A stretch of 64,000 bases of DNA from Octopus bimaculoides. Its lineage: Eukaryota. The notes under the pieces were generated by a model. It was not told the origin of the DNA. It worked only from the letters and a program-made list of their open reading frames with translations, and made no database searches. The stretch is taken from positions 192,326,645-192,390,644 of the forward strand of contig NC_068982.1 of NCBI RefSeq assembly GCF_001194135.2. Direction: 5' to 3'. Shown in pieces: positions 51,191 through 64,000 of this stretch. The translations under genes and the position numbers were made by a program. Numbering within the stretch: the stretch's first letter is position 1; every line of letters starts with the position of its first letter.

Positions 51191-53754
51191 CATACCTCTC
51201 TGTGAAGAAGTTGGCAAGTAGCCATATGAAGTTATGAGGTCCCTTTAGCTATGTTAAGTACAAGGGGCTGCCTTTCCAGTGCTCATGCCATCCAATATAC
51301 TTTGTAATGTGTGAGGTTATGAGACCCTTTTAGTTTTATCAAAGACATGACACCTTTCTGGTGCAGGCACCACAAAAACGGCATGCAGTACATTTTGTAA
51401 AGTGGCTGATACTAGGAAGGGTATCCAGCCATAAAAACCAGGCTGAAAGTAAACACAAGCAAGGTGCAATCCTTCAAACCTTTAAAGTGAGCAGTACCCC
51501 ACCCCATCTACCCACCTGAATATGTGCTGACCCTGACCAGTCCAAACCCAACACAATGATCACACACACACACGTATTTGGTTTGCAAGATTTATTGGCG
51601 TAATAACCCTCTTGGAAACAGGAGGGGTTTGGTGGCAGGAAGGGCATCCGGCTGTAGAAAACTTACCACACAAATAGTGCTGCATATATGTATATACATA
51701 CATATGTCCAACCCATGCTAGCATGGAAAGCGGACGTTAAACGATGTATGCCAGTATAGGGGAAAATATTCTGTTTTCTGAGTATTCTTTTCTTGAATCC
51801 TGCTATTAAACTCTTGTTATGAAGATTAAACAAATTTGTTGCCATGTGGGCAGAACCATGCCTGACACAGTCTCTTGGACTATTTATTTTAATTTCATTG
51901 AGGTACAGACTTTCTCAAATATGTTCCAAATCAGAAGGTATTAAGTATCTTTATTTTTTTTTACAAGTAATTACTTTAAGATGAAGGGGAAAAAAGAAAA
52001 TGTTGGAAAACAATTCTTTTCTTTACCCAATTTACTAAAAGTTCAGAATAACTGCAATTGTTAAGTGATGTGACGTCAAGAAGGCTGGATGTTCATTAAA
52101 CACAGACTGGATAGTAAAGGTTCTCCTGAATATATTTAAAAGAGGAATGAAAACTCGACACAATACAGGAGTAATGAAGTACAACGTTGTAGTAAGAAAG
52201 TGGGAGAACTGCAGGAAAAAATAGCAGTGATTGCAATTATTCAACAAAGCTCATAAATTAGTGTTACTTATTGATTTATTTTAATTAGACACACATCCAA
52301 TTTGTGTGTGTGCGTGTGTGTGTGTGTAGTGGGGAGGGGTGATATGTAAGTCGATTGAATCAATTCCATCATAATAACAGCAAACGTTTTATCCACTCCA
52401 AACAGTTGAGAAAAACAAAGTTGATTCCAGAGCAACTCAAAACACGATACCACATATCAAAAATTATTCAGAGTGGGACTCTAACATTATTAATTACAAT
52501 TCCTTAATTGTTTTAATTATTAATTATAGATTTTAGTTTTAAAATATGTAAAAAGAATAACATTGATTATCTTTCTGTATTTTTAAATAAACACAAATGT
52601 GAATATGGAAGCTGAAAGGTTCTCAAGAGGAGAGTTTCACCATCACTTTAAGAATATGAGTACATGAAAATAGGAGTACGCCCACCCACATTATAAATGG
52701 GAGTGCTCATCAAATCAGTAAAATTAGCACTCCATAAACTGAGTTTGATATCAACCAACCTGAGAACAGTCCTATTTTAAAGGAATCTAAATAAAAACCT
52801 TCCATCAACATTTCATTTATATTCCAAATCCAGTTTGATTATCAAAGAAGTTATTTTACTAAATTCTTCATTATTTTCAAAATGAATTGAAACAATGGCA
52901 CTGTTTCCAACAGCTAATATTCAAATAGTTTAAGAAACTAGGTTTTTAATACATTTTGGATGAGAATGTTAAGATGAGGTACAGTTAGAATGATTTTTGC
53001 TGGTAATTATATAGTAATTACAATCATTTGAGCATTTACTGCTATTAACATCACTTGATGCCATAAATTAAAATTTAAAGTTAGGAAGTCAATCATAGAC
53101 AAGGTTACATTCTTGGTCGATGTTTTTGGAATCTTACTCCAATGATGAGACAAGGCTTATGAAATGATATTAGCTTTATATTCTATATCATATGAACATG
53201 TGTACAAAGAGATGAAACGGTTTTGTTTAAATAAGTTTTACTCTTCCAATCATAAATCAAAGACTAAGTAAAAGACAACAAACGAAATTTATTCTATTGC
53301 CTCACAACCCACCCCCACCCAACAAACCTAAAACAATTCTTTTAGTTAATCTTGGTGTTTTTGCTTTTTCACAAAGAGAACAACATAGTGAGAATATATT
53401 TATAATTACTGTCTCTCCTTATGGAGTACTGGTCATCTATTTTGTGACCTTGTACCAGAGACAAGAAATGGCAGAAGGTTTAAATTTTATGAATAGAAGC
53501 AGGATTCCTTATTGGTGAGCCATAAAACACACAATTATGCTCCATGTTGTAGCTAAATGTGTTGTGAAAATAAAATAATAAAGAATTTCATAAATAACAA
53601 CTGAAATTCTTATCTTGACAACAGAATTTCATTTAGTGGATAGTGAATAACTTAATTTCTTTACCTTATTTATATTTATAGGTTAAAGTACAGAAATACC
53701 ATTTTTAATACTTTATGCATAAAATATATCAAAATATTTTTATTTGTTCTACAA

Positions 53755-54152
53755 GCACAGGCGTGACTGTGTGGTAAGAAGCATGCTTCCTAATCACATA
53801 GTTCCCGGTTCAGTCCCACTGTGTGGCACCTAGGGTAGGTGTCTTCTACTATAATCTTGGGCTGACCAAAACCTTGTGAGTGAATTTGGTAGAAGGAAAC
53901 TGGAAGAAGTCCGTTGTATATGCGTGTGTCTCTCTCCCTCTCTCTCTCTCTGTTTGTCCATCACAACAGGTGTTGGCATGTTTACGTACTCGTAACTTAG
54001 TGGTTTGGCAAAAGAGACCAATAGAATAAGTATCAGACTTAGCAAAAATATTTGATACTAGGGTCGATTCGTTTGACTAAAAGTTCTTCAAGGCAGTGCC
54101 CCAGCATGACCACAGTCTAATGACTAGAACAAGTAAAAGATAAAGGATAAAA
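53755..54152 (+). mobile_element. tRNA-derived SINE, full-length, with internal microsatellite
   Basis: Head GCGTGACTGTGTGGTAAGAAG...GGTTCAGTCCC (A/B boxes), core ACCTAGGGTAGGTGTCTT, and tail ACAAGTAAAAGATAAA. Confidence 0.85.
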
Positions 54153-57100
54153 AGTGCATCAGAAGTTTAAAATAAAGACAAAAAAAGAGAGAGAGTGAGA
54201 GGATTTCATGAAGCCCTGGTCAAGATGATTTAGTTGAGGGCTCCACTGTTCCTTTATTTCTTATACACGATGACTAGCCCTGGGGTCCATGAAATAAGTA
54301 TCAGTTGAGCACAGGGGGTCAATGTAATCGACTAACTCCCCACCTCCGACAAAAAGACTTCAGGCCTTGTACCTTTAGGAGAAAAAAAAATTATACAACT
54401 AAATCCTGTGTTTCAGTAAATTTACCATAAGAAAGAGGCTTATAATTTTTGTCAAGTAGAGAGAAAGACTTTATATGAAACTTTTAAGGAGAGCCTTGCA
54501 GTTGACAATCTCCACAAGATTACAGAGGAGATAATGTAAGGATGGCTATCAAAGGATCAAGCTATGGTTTAAGGGAAGTGTGTCAGCTTCTTCCATTATA
54601 GAATAAACTGACACTTATTTTTTTAAATTTAGTTATTCAATACAATGGAACAAAAACATGCAAATTAATTCATCTAAAAACCCTAAAACAAACAAATCAG
54701 AAATAAAGGTAGTTTGTTTTTATCCAAATAAAAATACGTGAGAATATATATATGTATATACATGCATATGCAAATATGTATTATATATATATATATATAT
54801 ATATATTTATGTCTGCATATGTTCTTACAAATAATTACACACACACAATGTTGGGGAGAATGCTTTGCAGTATTTGTTCCGACTCAATGGTTCTGAGTTC
54901 AAACCTCGCCGAAGCCAACTTTTACAACTTTTTAGGGTCAAATAGGAAAAGTATGAATCCAAAGAGGAAGATGAACGGATGCCCTTGCAATATTTGTTCA
55001 GGCACTTTGTATTCTGAGTTCGAATCCCAACATGGACTAACTTGTATAGCAGACTTCTGTTGCCTAATTTAGCACCACTCCCATGACACCTGGAGTGGCT
55101 TTAGAAGAATCATCTCGGTCATAAGCATTTGGCAAGGACTTCGCTTGGAGGAGGATAGCTTCTTCCTTTTCTCCTACCAATCTTACAGGTCCCATAAAAT
55201 GTCATGGGAACGGCCTTCCCTCCTGACTAAAAAATAAATAAAAATTTATGACTATTTGTTTCATTATAGCTGCAAAACTCGAAATCAACATATTCTCACG
55301 ACGAAATTGTAATTACTTAATAGTGATTTCATAAAACACAAAACCTAGAAGCCAAATGGCTGTTGTGATGTTTACTCTCTTCGCAAAGGCATTGTAAATA
55401 AAGCGAGACTTATGGAAGCCGGGAACTGAAACCGTAATGCACACTCAGGTTCCCCAGGAGTTTGAGGTGTTAGCCACTTGGGCAAACATATATTAGAATA
55501 TTTAAAGAGCTGGCAGAAGATGTGAAAGAGACAAGAAGTATATGGTTTGAGTGGATAATGTGCTCCCTACTACTTGAAACTGATAATGTCTGTTGATATG
55601 TCCATTCTGTGTGCGAAACGAGACCGATTACCACTGCTTCTACTACAGCACATACCACACACACATACACACACACACACACACACACAGTGTGTGTTTG
55701 TGTACATACATTCATATACACATCGAATTAAAATATTCTGTAATCACAACACCAAAATGGAAATTGTGAGGGAAAAAAAGAACAAAGTTGAAGGAAAAAC
55801 TAGCAGTAATTAGAGAGAGAGAAAAAAACAATTAGATAAGGTAATTAGTAAATAAGAAGACCAGGCAGGTGAAGTAACAAAAGAGGCAATGAAATAGAAT
55901 ATTGAAATAAAGTGAAAGACTGTATTTCAGGAGAAACCAATCCGTTGATTGATAGAAATGAAATTATTCAATTGAAAAGAACTTTAATATGAAGTGGGAA
56001 GAAGCTTGTCTAAAGATGACACGCTTTGATCGCAAGATCAAATAATGTCTGTCTGTGCTTTTCATACAAACTGTTTGTCTCTTTATTTTAGGGTTTTATT
56101 TTCCGTGAAGATGGAAAATATATTTTTAAATAATGTTTGTCATAAAATATGCTCCACATCTCCCAATAAATCTGACATCAGAAACACGCACTTACAAAAT
56201 ATGTTAAAAGGTCTCTCAGCCTCTACAAATCTATTTTCATTGTTTGTTGAAGTATTATCTAAGGTCCACCACATAATAGGGAGTTCACTTTACTTTTCAT
56301 TCTTCTGGAACAGCAGAAAAATATTGAAGTCATAATCAAAACCTAGCAAAAACATCCTTCGTAAGTAAAATGAGTCTCTGGCGAGTGGAACTGACTTAAT
56401 AGAGAAAAGCATGCACATCACAACATCTCATTCCTTGAACTTGGTGGTAAAAAAGACAAAAGAAATGAATATATCACAACAGATCAATTATTCAAACATT
56501 ATGTAAAAAGAAATTTATTTTACATTTATGAGAGAAGGCTTCCAACGTATCGACTCCGCGATATAGGTTCGCTTCTTGAGCGAATCCAGTTCACTTCTCT
56601 TCGATGACGTCTGATCTCATCTCTGCTCTTGTCTTGGAGTGCCATTCGTACGAAATCACACACACACAATGTGTTTCAGGTTTAATTAAATCATTGTTAC
56701 ACACATCACTCATATTACCTTAAGAAATGACAATAACGTGTGTTTGTGTGTAGGTAGGTAGATGACCATCCCCGCTGATGATGACACCAATGTCACTTAG
56801 ACACCGCCGCCAGTCAAAGAGCGGGAGTGACAGACAACGGGTGACACACGGAACACCCTGTCTTCTTTGTTCACGAGGTAAACATTGCCTTTATGGTTGC
56901 CATAATTAAATCCACTCAGTTTTACATTCTTTTTCCTCATTATACATAATAATGCCGTATCTTTCTTCTCTCTTCAACTGCAACTAGATGAATAACAACA
57001 CACACACACGTATAGATATGTGTGTGGTGTGTGTATGCATATATATGTATGTATGTATAAATGCTCGCACAAGTATGTATACCTTACATACATAATTGTA

Positions 57101-57238
57101 TAAAATATATACATTATATATAATGTGTAGTGTATATACTCGACGCACAAGTACCATATATATATATGGATAAAGAATGTGTCTAAGTGGGAATAAATAT
57201 TACCTCTCAGTAATATACATGTATAATGTGTATGTCTG

Positions 57239-57278
<40 letters not shown>

Positions 57279-57512
57279 AAGAGATTGATATCTCACGCAC
57301 GCATACAACGGACTTTATTTCCTCTAACCCTAGGCCCAGAGGAACATGGGGCATATAACAACTCTAGAGGCAGGGACAACTGTACCGTATTCAGATATGC
57401 TGACAGGCGGCAATGTGAAATGAAGTGTCTTGCTTGAGGACACAACGCACTACCCCGTCCAGGAATTGAACTTGTAACATTACGATCGTGAGTCCAGCAC
57501 CGTGTTCATTAT

Positions 57513-57581
<69 letters not shown>

Positions 57582-59444
57582 ATATACGCATTTACGTGTG
57601 TGCAGCTGGAAAGGAATTTAAATTTGAAATACACAATGAGAACATTTAAGGTTTCCGCACCTTTTGTTTATGTCTGGTTATTTTCTGAGATTTGACAGAA
57701 GAACCTCAATTAAATGTTTGTTTGTTTGTTTGCCATGAAAGGTGATCCCTAGGGTCACTTCCAGTCAACACCTTCCGTCTGTTTCATCATATATTTAATA
57801 TATTAGCCAATATTGTCTTGAATACCATATGAAGGTGTAATGAAAGGGAAATTTAGTTGCTTTTTCTTGCAGGTCGAGCGACCGGGGTTAGAGGTTCCCT
57901 TGATGTGTGTGTGTGTGTATACACACGCGTGTATGTTTGCGTGTGACATATAATATTTGCAATGTATACAAGTTACACGAGATTGTGTCTAAATTATTCC
58001 TAACATTATGTCTTAGATTTCTCAAAGACTATCAACGATTCTTTGATAATGTTAACATTCCATGTTCAACTTATTGTGTCTCTCATGGCTGGGTTTCATT
58101 ACAATAGTGAGCAAATGTTCAAAAATATCTTACCTCATTAATTAAAAATGTAACGTTGTTGGAAATCGACAACTCGGCTGTTGGAACTGAGGGATTCGGA
58201 GCTTCAAGTTAGAAAGATTCCAGCATCATCAACAAGAGGACACGACTAAAACAAGGATCCTCTTTCTCTTTCACCCATTCACCTTTTTCTCTCTTATTCT
58301 CTCGCCTTTTGTCTCTCGTCTTATTTTCTTTTTATTTTTAATTCTTGCTATGATTTAGTAAAGGATCTTTACAGTTTGTTGATATTTGGTGTGGATGTGG
58401 AGCTGAGTAAGAGAGAACGATGGAAGCTTTATGAAAGAGAAAGACGGACTGAGGAAGCTGACCCATGTTATTACATCACTTTTATAATTGAGAGAAAGAA
58501 ATCAGAAAAATGAAATCCGTTCGGTAGAGACTATCAACATTGATGTCTAGTAACACAATTAATGTATTTCTCTAGTTATTATAATAACAGACATTTCTAA
58601 AACTCTATTTTTTTTCTTGGGTTTTCCCCGTCATGTTGCGGTGGTGGTGGTCACTTGGCGAACATCGGAAGAGACAGAGAAAGTAGACAGGGCCGGTTAG
58701 TAGTAAAGAGCTTAGTGTTGGGTTCTGTGGCAATGTGTGTAGGAGAGGAAGTGTCAGTAGATTTTAATAATCGGCAACACTGACTGAATGAAGCTGCTAC
58801 TGTGTGTGACTTGGTGTCTGCCACCTTCTTGTCTCTTTCTTTCCCACTGACAATTGACGATCTAAGTCAGGGGCAATAATTTTACGGATGCTCAGAAGTG
58901 ACGAAAAACAATTTCTCTCTCTCATTGAAAGTATTAATTGTCCAAATATATATTTTTTTTACATCAATTGTCAAAATATGCTCACTCTACAAACATCTCT
59001 TTCTTTTGACTAACCACAAGTCATTTATAGAGGCGGAGGAGGAAGAATACATTTTGACAACAAATAGAAACTAGTTTGCAGTCTTGGAAGCTGGATCTTA
59101 TCACTTCGTGGCACTTTAATACTGGTTTATTTATTTATTATGCAGCAATTCCCTATATTTCAGGAGACTGAAAGTTATATAGTTAATGCTTTTTCTCAAA
59201 GGCATTACCATCTCTCTCTCTCTCTCTCTNNNNNNNNNNNNNNNNNNNNNNNNNNNNNNNNNNNNNNNNNNNNNNNNNNNNNNNNNNNNNNNNNNNNNNN
59301 NNNNNNNNNNNNNNNNNNNNNNNNNNNNNNNNNNNNNNNNNNNNNNNNNNNNNNNNNNNNNNATATATATATATGGTGTGTTATGAGAATTTATGAAAAG
59401 GTATCCCATAGAAACTCAACAAATTTGCTAAAAATGGAGAAGAG

Positions 59445-59496
59445 AAGATGTTAAAATTTGAAAGAATTTTTAAATTCTTTCAAATTGTAACATCTT
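59445..59496. repeat. Near-perfect palindrome, 25-bp arms, 2-nt spacer
   Basis: AAGATGTTAAAATTTGAAAGAATTT-TT-AAATTCTTTCAAATTGTAACATCTT, with 1 mismatch. Confidence 0.9.
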
Positions 59497-61702
59497 TCTT
59501 ACGCCAGTAAGCTACCAGCAAAATATGAAGAATCTTTACTAGAAATCGCCCTCCGACGTAAAGGATGAAATATAATTCAACCGTTTCACACACACACACA
59601 ACACACACTTGCTTTTATTATTATAAGTGAAGTAACTTCAGCCCAGAATAGAGAGCATGTCTTCACGTCGCTCGCCCTTCCACTTTAAATATTGATTTCT
59701 TTCATAGGTACAAGGCCATACATTTTGTAGGGAGGCGGTCGTCAAATCAGTCTATCTCCAAACATGACTGGTACTTCGTTTTTTTTAACTCAAGTCAATG
59801 AAAATGGCCATATCACAAAATATCTCAATTTTGGTAGTCGCCACTCTTCCGATTCTAGCAAGCACAACTATTAAAGGCGTGTAAGTTTAGAACTGCGACT
59901 ATGAAATCTTACATCAAACTTTTATTGGAAAAAAAAAATTGAGTCATTTCCATTTCTCTAATGTGAATTTTGCTATTAGTCGTGCTATGAAAAAGAAAAA
60001 AAGGTTTCAGCAAAAATCACAAGTGTAATTTGTTATGGATATTATTAACCCCACTCAGCGACTGAGCCCTGATCAAACAGATCTCTGATCAAAATCATTC
60101 CATCCGTAACCAGCCAGATCTTATTTTCCCGTGCATAGTCTATCTCGGACTACATTGCTAATATGCCCTTTAAAAAACGTGCGAAATCTGATTGTATTCG
60201 CAACAGACTATTAGGTTGTCTCCTTGGTTCATATTCTTAATGTAACATTGTTTAAAGGTTTGTTTGTACATAATGTGAAATTTGAGTAGTTTAACCAGTT
60301 CTTGCGCAAACATTTAACCATTAAAGTAAAATACTTAAAAATATATAATTGAAGTGGATATGACTAGCTAAAACAATGAACAGCTCTAAATATTGCTGTC
60401 TCAATTTTGTTTAGTTTTGGTAATGGCCACATCCTCACTTTATTGATATAATTATTGTCTGTCGCTATGTTGAGGTTCTCGGTTGCGATGTAATCGAAGT
60501 ATAGAAGAATGTTGGTATTTCCAATACAAAGGGAACAGTGACAGTTATTGCTTGGTTATTAGTACTGAGCATTTATAACAAACTACATGAATAAGCAATA
60601 AGTAATTCACTTGCTGAAAAATTATCGAATAAATCGTAATTTCGAGAATTTCCTAGATGCAACACATTTTACACGTCGTCAATATATTTTAATAAAAGTA
60701 TTTGCTACTAACAAAGCTTTGATGTTCCGTTCTATAAACAGAAGGGTGGAAGGGTTGAGAATCAGTTGTGATAAAGCTAAGCACATGATGAGCGATGTCT
60801 GCGACTCGGATTTGATTCCCATTTTATATGGAAATTCGCCACTTGGAATTAGGAGAAACCTTACAACTTCTCGTTTTCTTCGTCTAAAACCATCTCCAAG
60901 TCTTGCGCTTTTACAATAAAGGCACGTTTGTGCCTCCATACAATAAACGTGTTTAGCATGTGTTTGAATGTCGTTTCCTTCCTCTTTTTCGTTGTATTTT
61001 GTCTCATCTTTTCATATTACGCAGTCAGGCTTCGTTCATTTTGTTGTTATTTCGACAGGTCTTAATGACAATATACACAACAATCTATTTTAGTGGTATT
61101 CGTTGTAACTAATTCCCAAAACAGTTTCAAAACAAAGCATTCATTAAAGAACTATATAAAAACGCGCCAAAGCAATGTCTGTTTACGGAAAACACGTGCT
61201 GCTGCTTTTGTAAGGTATCTGCAGGGAGCGATTTTCCGTCAACTTTTTATTGAAGCTTTTCTAGCATTTACAGATGGGTTTTCACCGTCATTAAATTAGT
61301 AGTCTTCACAGAGGGCTAAATATCGATTTTCATCTTCGAATAGTCGCAAACGGCAATATTTTTGGAGCCTGCTCACACATCGCTTTCCTTCCTGGCAAGT
61401 AAAACTGTCTAGTATTGTGTCTTTAGTTTTACTTACATGGATTTATTTAGTGGCTAAATGTAAATATATCGTATATAATATCTTTTACTTATTTCAACCA
61501 GTGACCTACAGTCATGCTGGAGCACCATCTTGAAGGGTTATAGCCGAACAAATTTATCCCAGTATTGATTTTTTAAAAGCCTGGTACTATATTCTATCCT
61601 TCTGTTGTCGAACATCTGCTACGGGGTCGTAAACAAACCACCTTCGGCTTTCAAACAAGGTGGGGGGGGGACACAACACAAACACCAAGATGTGTGTGTG
61701 CC

Positions 61703-61990
61703 TCATCATCATTTAACGTTCGTTTTCCCAGCCAGCATGGGTTTGACGGTTTGACGGGAGCTGGCAAGCCAGAAGACTGCACCAGGCTCACTGTGTTTTG
61801 GCATGGTTTTTACAGCTGGATATTTTCCCTAATGCCAGCCACCTTACAGAGTGGTCTGGGTGTTTTTTTTACATGGCACCAGCACCAATAAGGTCTGCTT
61901 TGATATGTTTTTTTACAGCTGGATGCCCTTCCAAATGCCAACCACTTTACATTGTAGACTGGTTGCTTTTTACATGGCACCATCATTGAC
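61703..61990 (-). mobile_element. RTE 3'UTR copy
   Basis: CATCATCATTTAACGTTCG...GGATGCCCTTCC with an internal partial duplication. Confidence 0.75.
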
Positions 61991-62692
61991 CGGATTACCA
62001 AGTAATTTGCAAGACAAAGATCCTATGAGAGATGGGAGTTGTATTGGAGGACGTGGCCTTGTGCCAGGTAATGAGTGGTTAGGATATGATGGAGGGACAG
62101 AAACATGTGTCTTGCTGTAGAAGAGATATATGGTTATCCCAGTCAGAGAGAGAGAAAAAAGATGAGAGAGGGATGGTGGAAATGTGCTAGGGCATACCCT
62201 CAAGGTACAGGGATGAGAATATAAATAAGAATATTGCCAAGGTGCACAAGTCGGGAGAAGAAAGTTCAGATGAAAGCATATATGTATGTATGTATTGATT
62301 GCTTAACGTGTACAAATTTTATATATTAAGCAAAAGTACTTTTGAATATTTATTTATTTAGCACTTTTATATATATGTGAATTTAAAAAAATCTAGAACT
62401 GAATTGGAAAGAGAATGTTCTTTGTTATTTTGAATCTTTCTATGTGTGTATATATATGTGTGTGCATACATGTATGAGTATGTGTGGTGAATTCTTAGTG
62501 GCTTTGTTTGAAGGAGAAAAACAGAAAAATGAAAAACAAGAAGAGTCCTTTCTTCATGTCTTTCTTTTACTGTTTTTTTCCCACTAATCAAGCCTCCAAA
62601 AATTCACTACACGTTTACACATACATATATGCACACATGTAGCGTACGCTTGAGGGAAATTCCTCTCTCTCTTATATATACATAAATACAGA

Positions 62693-63551
62693 TGTAGTAG
62701 ATAACAGCCAGCCTTCGGCCACCCTTTTGGACCCTGTTATGTCCACTACTCTGATTGGTTGGTATTGGCGCAATTTGTCCCTTGCTCCATTGCGCGCCAA
62801 TATGCAACCCAACCAATCGCGGCCTTCAAATAAGGTCACGTGAGATAGTCTCTTCTAAACTTCCGGTGAGCCGACTGCACCCTATAAAACTTCAGCGACA
62901 CATCAAGTCGATATCTTTCGGTTCCAGACCTTTTGAGGTCTAGCCATTGACCACACAGGACACAGCCAGTTCTTAATGTTGTCAACATCATCTCTCTACG
63001 TACACAGCAACCAGCAACACTCACCCAGGTTCTATCACAACACTGTTCATGAATTACTTCACCATGGTTAACAGCAAATACAACCTGCAAGAACTCCTGT
63101 ACCAAGTGACCGGCAGCAGCATTGTAGCCACAACTTCATGTACGACTTGTACCTCAACCGGCTCTGCATTTCAGCCACAACTTCTTGATACTGCATTTCA
63201 ACTATCGTGTACCTTGACTACAAACTGGTATTTATCATCCTTGTGTCTGAACATTCTTCTAACGTCATATTATAGACTCTTTCAATGCTCTGTACTTATC
63301 GCACACGCATACATCTAAGTTTGTACACACATACACATTATGTATACATGATGGCCTGTCTATTATTATGTATATATGACGCACACACACGTTAACATAT
63401 AAATAAAATCTTCTCTTAAACATTTTGCCCGGTTGTGTCCCTCTTTTCCTTCTGGCACATATACGCATTTATTCTTTTCATATTTATTGTATCAACTGTG
63501 TGATGTGCAAAGGAGCCATTCTCATCACCTTACTTCGCACGATCGTTTACA
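62693..63551 (+). mobile_element. Candidate solo LTR (alternatively a compact host promoter/transcription unit)
   Basis: Begins TGTAG and ends TTTACA. Flanks are CAGA/CACA (3 of 4 match). Promoter motifs, TATAAAA (62883-62889) and AATAAA (63402-63407) lie in U3-R-U5 order. Confidence 0.5.
62753..62889 (+). promoter_or_regulatory. Pol II promoter motif cluster (4 CCAAT, E2F-like, CHR-like, E-box, ETS, TATA)
   Basis: ATTGG at 62754 and 62764; CCAAT at 62797 and 62813; TTGGCGC and GCGCGCCAA; TTCAAA at 62825-62830; GTCACGTGA at 62835-62843; CTTCCGG at 62860-62866; TATAAAA at 62883. Confidence 0.65.
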
Positions 63552-63688
63552 CACACATATAGGTTCAAAATAACAAAAAACATTCTCTTCCAAATTCAAC
63601 TCCAGATTTTTGCAGCTAATTCACATATATATCTAAAAGTCATAAATTTTCTGTCCAAATATCATTCCTAATGATTCTCTGAAACAAG

Positions 63689-64000
63689 ATCATCATCATC
63701 ATCATCGTTTAACGTCCGCTTTCCATGCTAGCATGGGTTGGACGATTTGACTGAGGACTGGTGAAACCAGATGGCTACACCAGGCTCCAATCTGATTTGG
63801 CAGAGTTTCTACAGCTGGATGCCCTTCCTAACGCCAACCACTCCGAGAGTGTAGTGGGTGCTTTTATTTGCCACCGGCACGAATGCCAGTCAGGTGGTAC
63901 TGGCAACGGCCACGCTCAAAATGGTGTATTTTATGTGCCACCCGCACAAGAGCCAGTCCAGGGGCACTGGCAACGATCTCACTCGAAAATCCTTACACAT
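63689..64000 (-). mobile_element. Young RTE 3' end (continues beyond the window)
   Basis: Nearly identical to 29668-29850 over the terminal ~180 bp; (CAT)n tail. Confidence 0.9.

Noticed and set aside
56196-56274. Possible first coding exon on the minus strand (MWWTLDN...PFNIF, donor GTAAGT)
   Set aside because: Short, no recognisable homology, and linking it to the downstream candidates needs a poor donor (GTACTT).
62960-63320. Antizyme-like frameshift or stop-readthrough gene suggested by overlapping short ORFs
   Set aside because: No UCC-UGA frameshift site and no recognisable protein similarity.

Overview
AT-rich eukaryotic genomic DNA from a short-read draft assembly, with 7 sized N-gaps, several of them flanked by microsatellites. 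The repeat families present (tRNA-derived SINEs, RTE 3'UTRs with (GAT)n tails, TTAA-flanked MITEs) strongly suggest a coleoid cephalopod, probably Octopus; this is an inference. No intact protein-coding gene, rRNA, CRISPR array or functional tRNA is supportable. The window is mostly a transposon graveyard: a Buster-type hAT with a perfect 8-bp TSD nested in a CR1-clade LINE, a maT/DD37D remnant, Tc1, mariner, Tigger, Tx1, Gypsy and BovB-like RTE remnants, a young 5'-truncated RTE whose RT carries an inserted PHD finger, and many SINEs, MITEs and microsatellites. The most unusual items are a compact promoter/solo-LTR-like unit near 62.7-63.55 kb with NF-Y/E2F/CHR-like motifs, several long or perfect palindromes, a tRNA-like cassette boxed by inverted repeats, an exact 218-bp duplication, inverted RTE insertions, and a few candidate host exons that I cannot assign to a gene.
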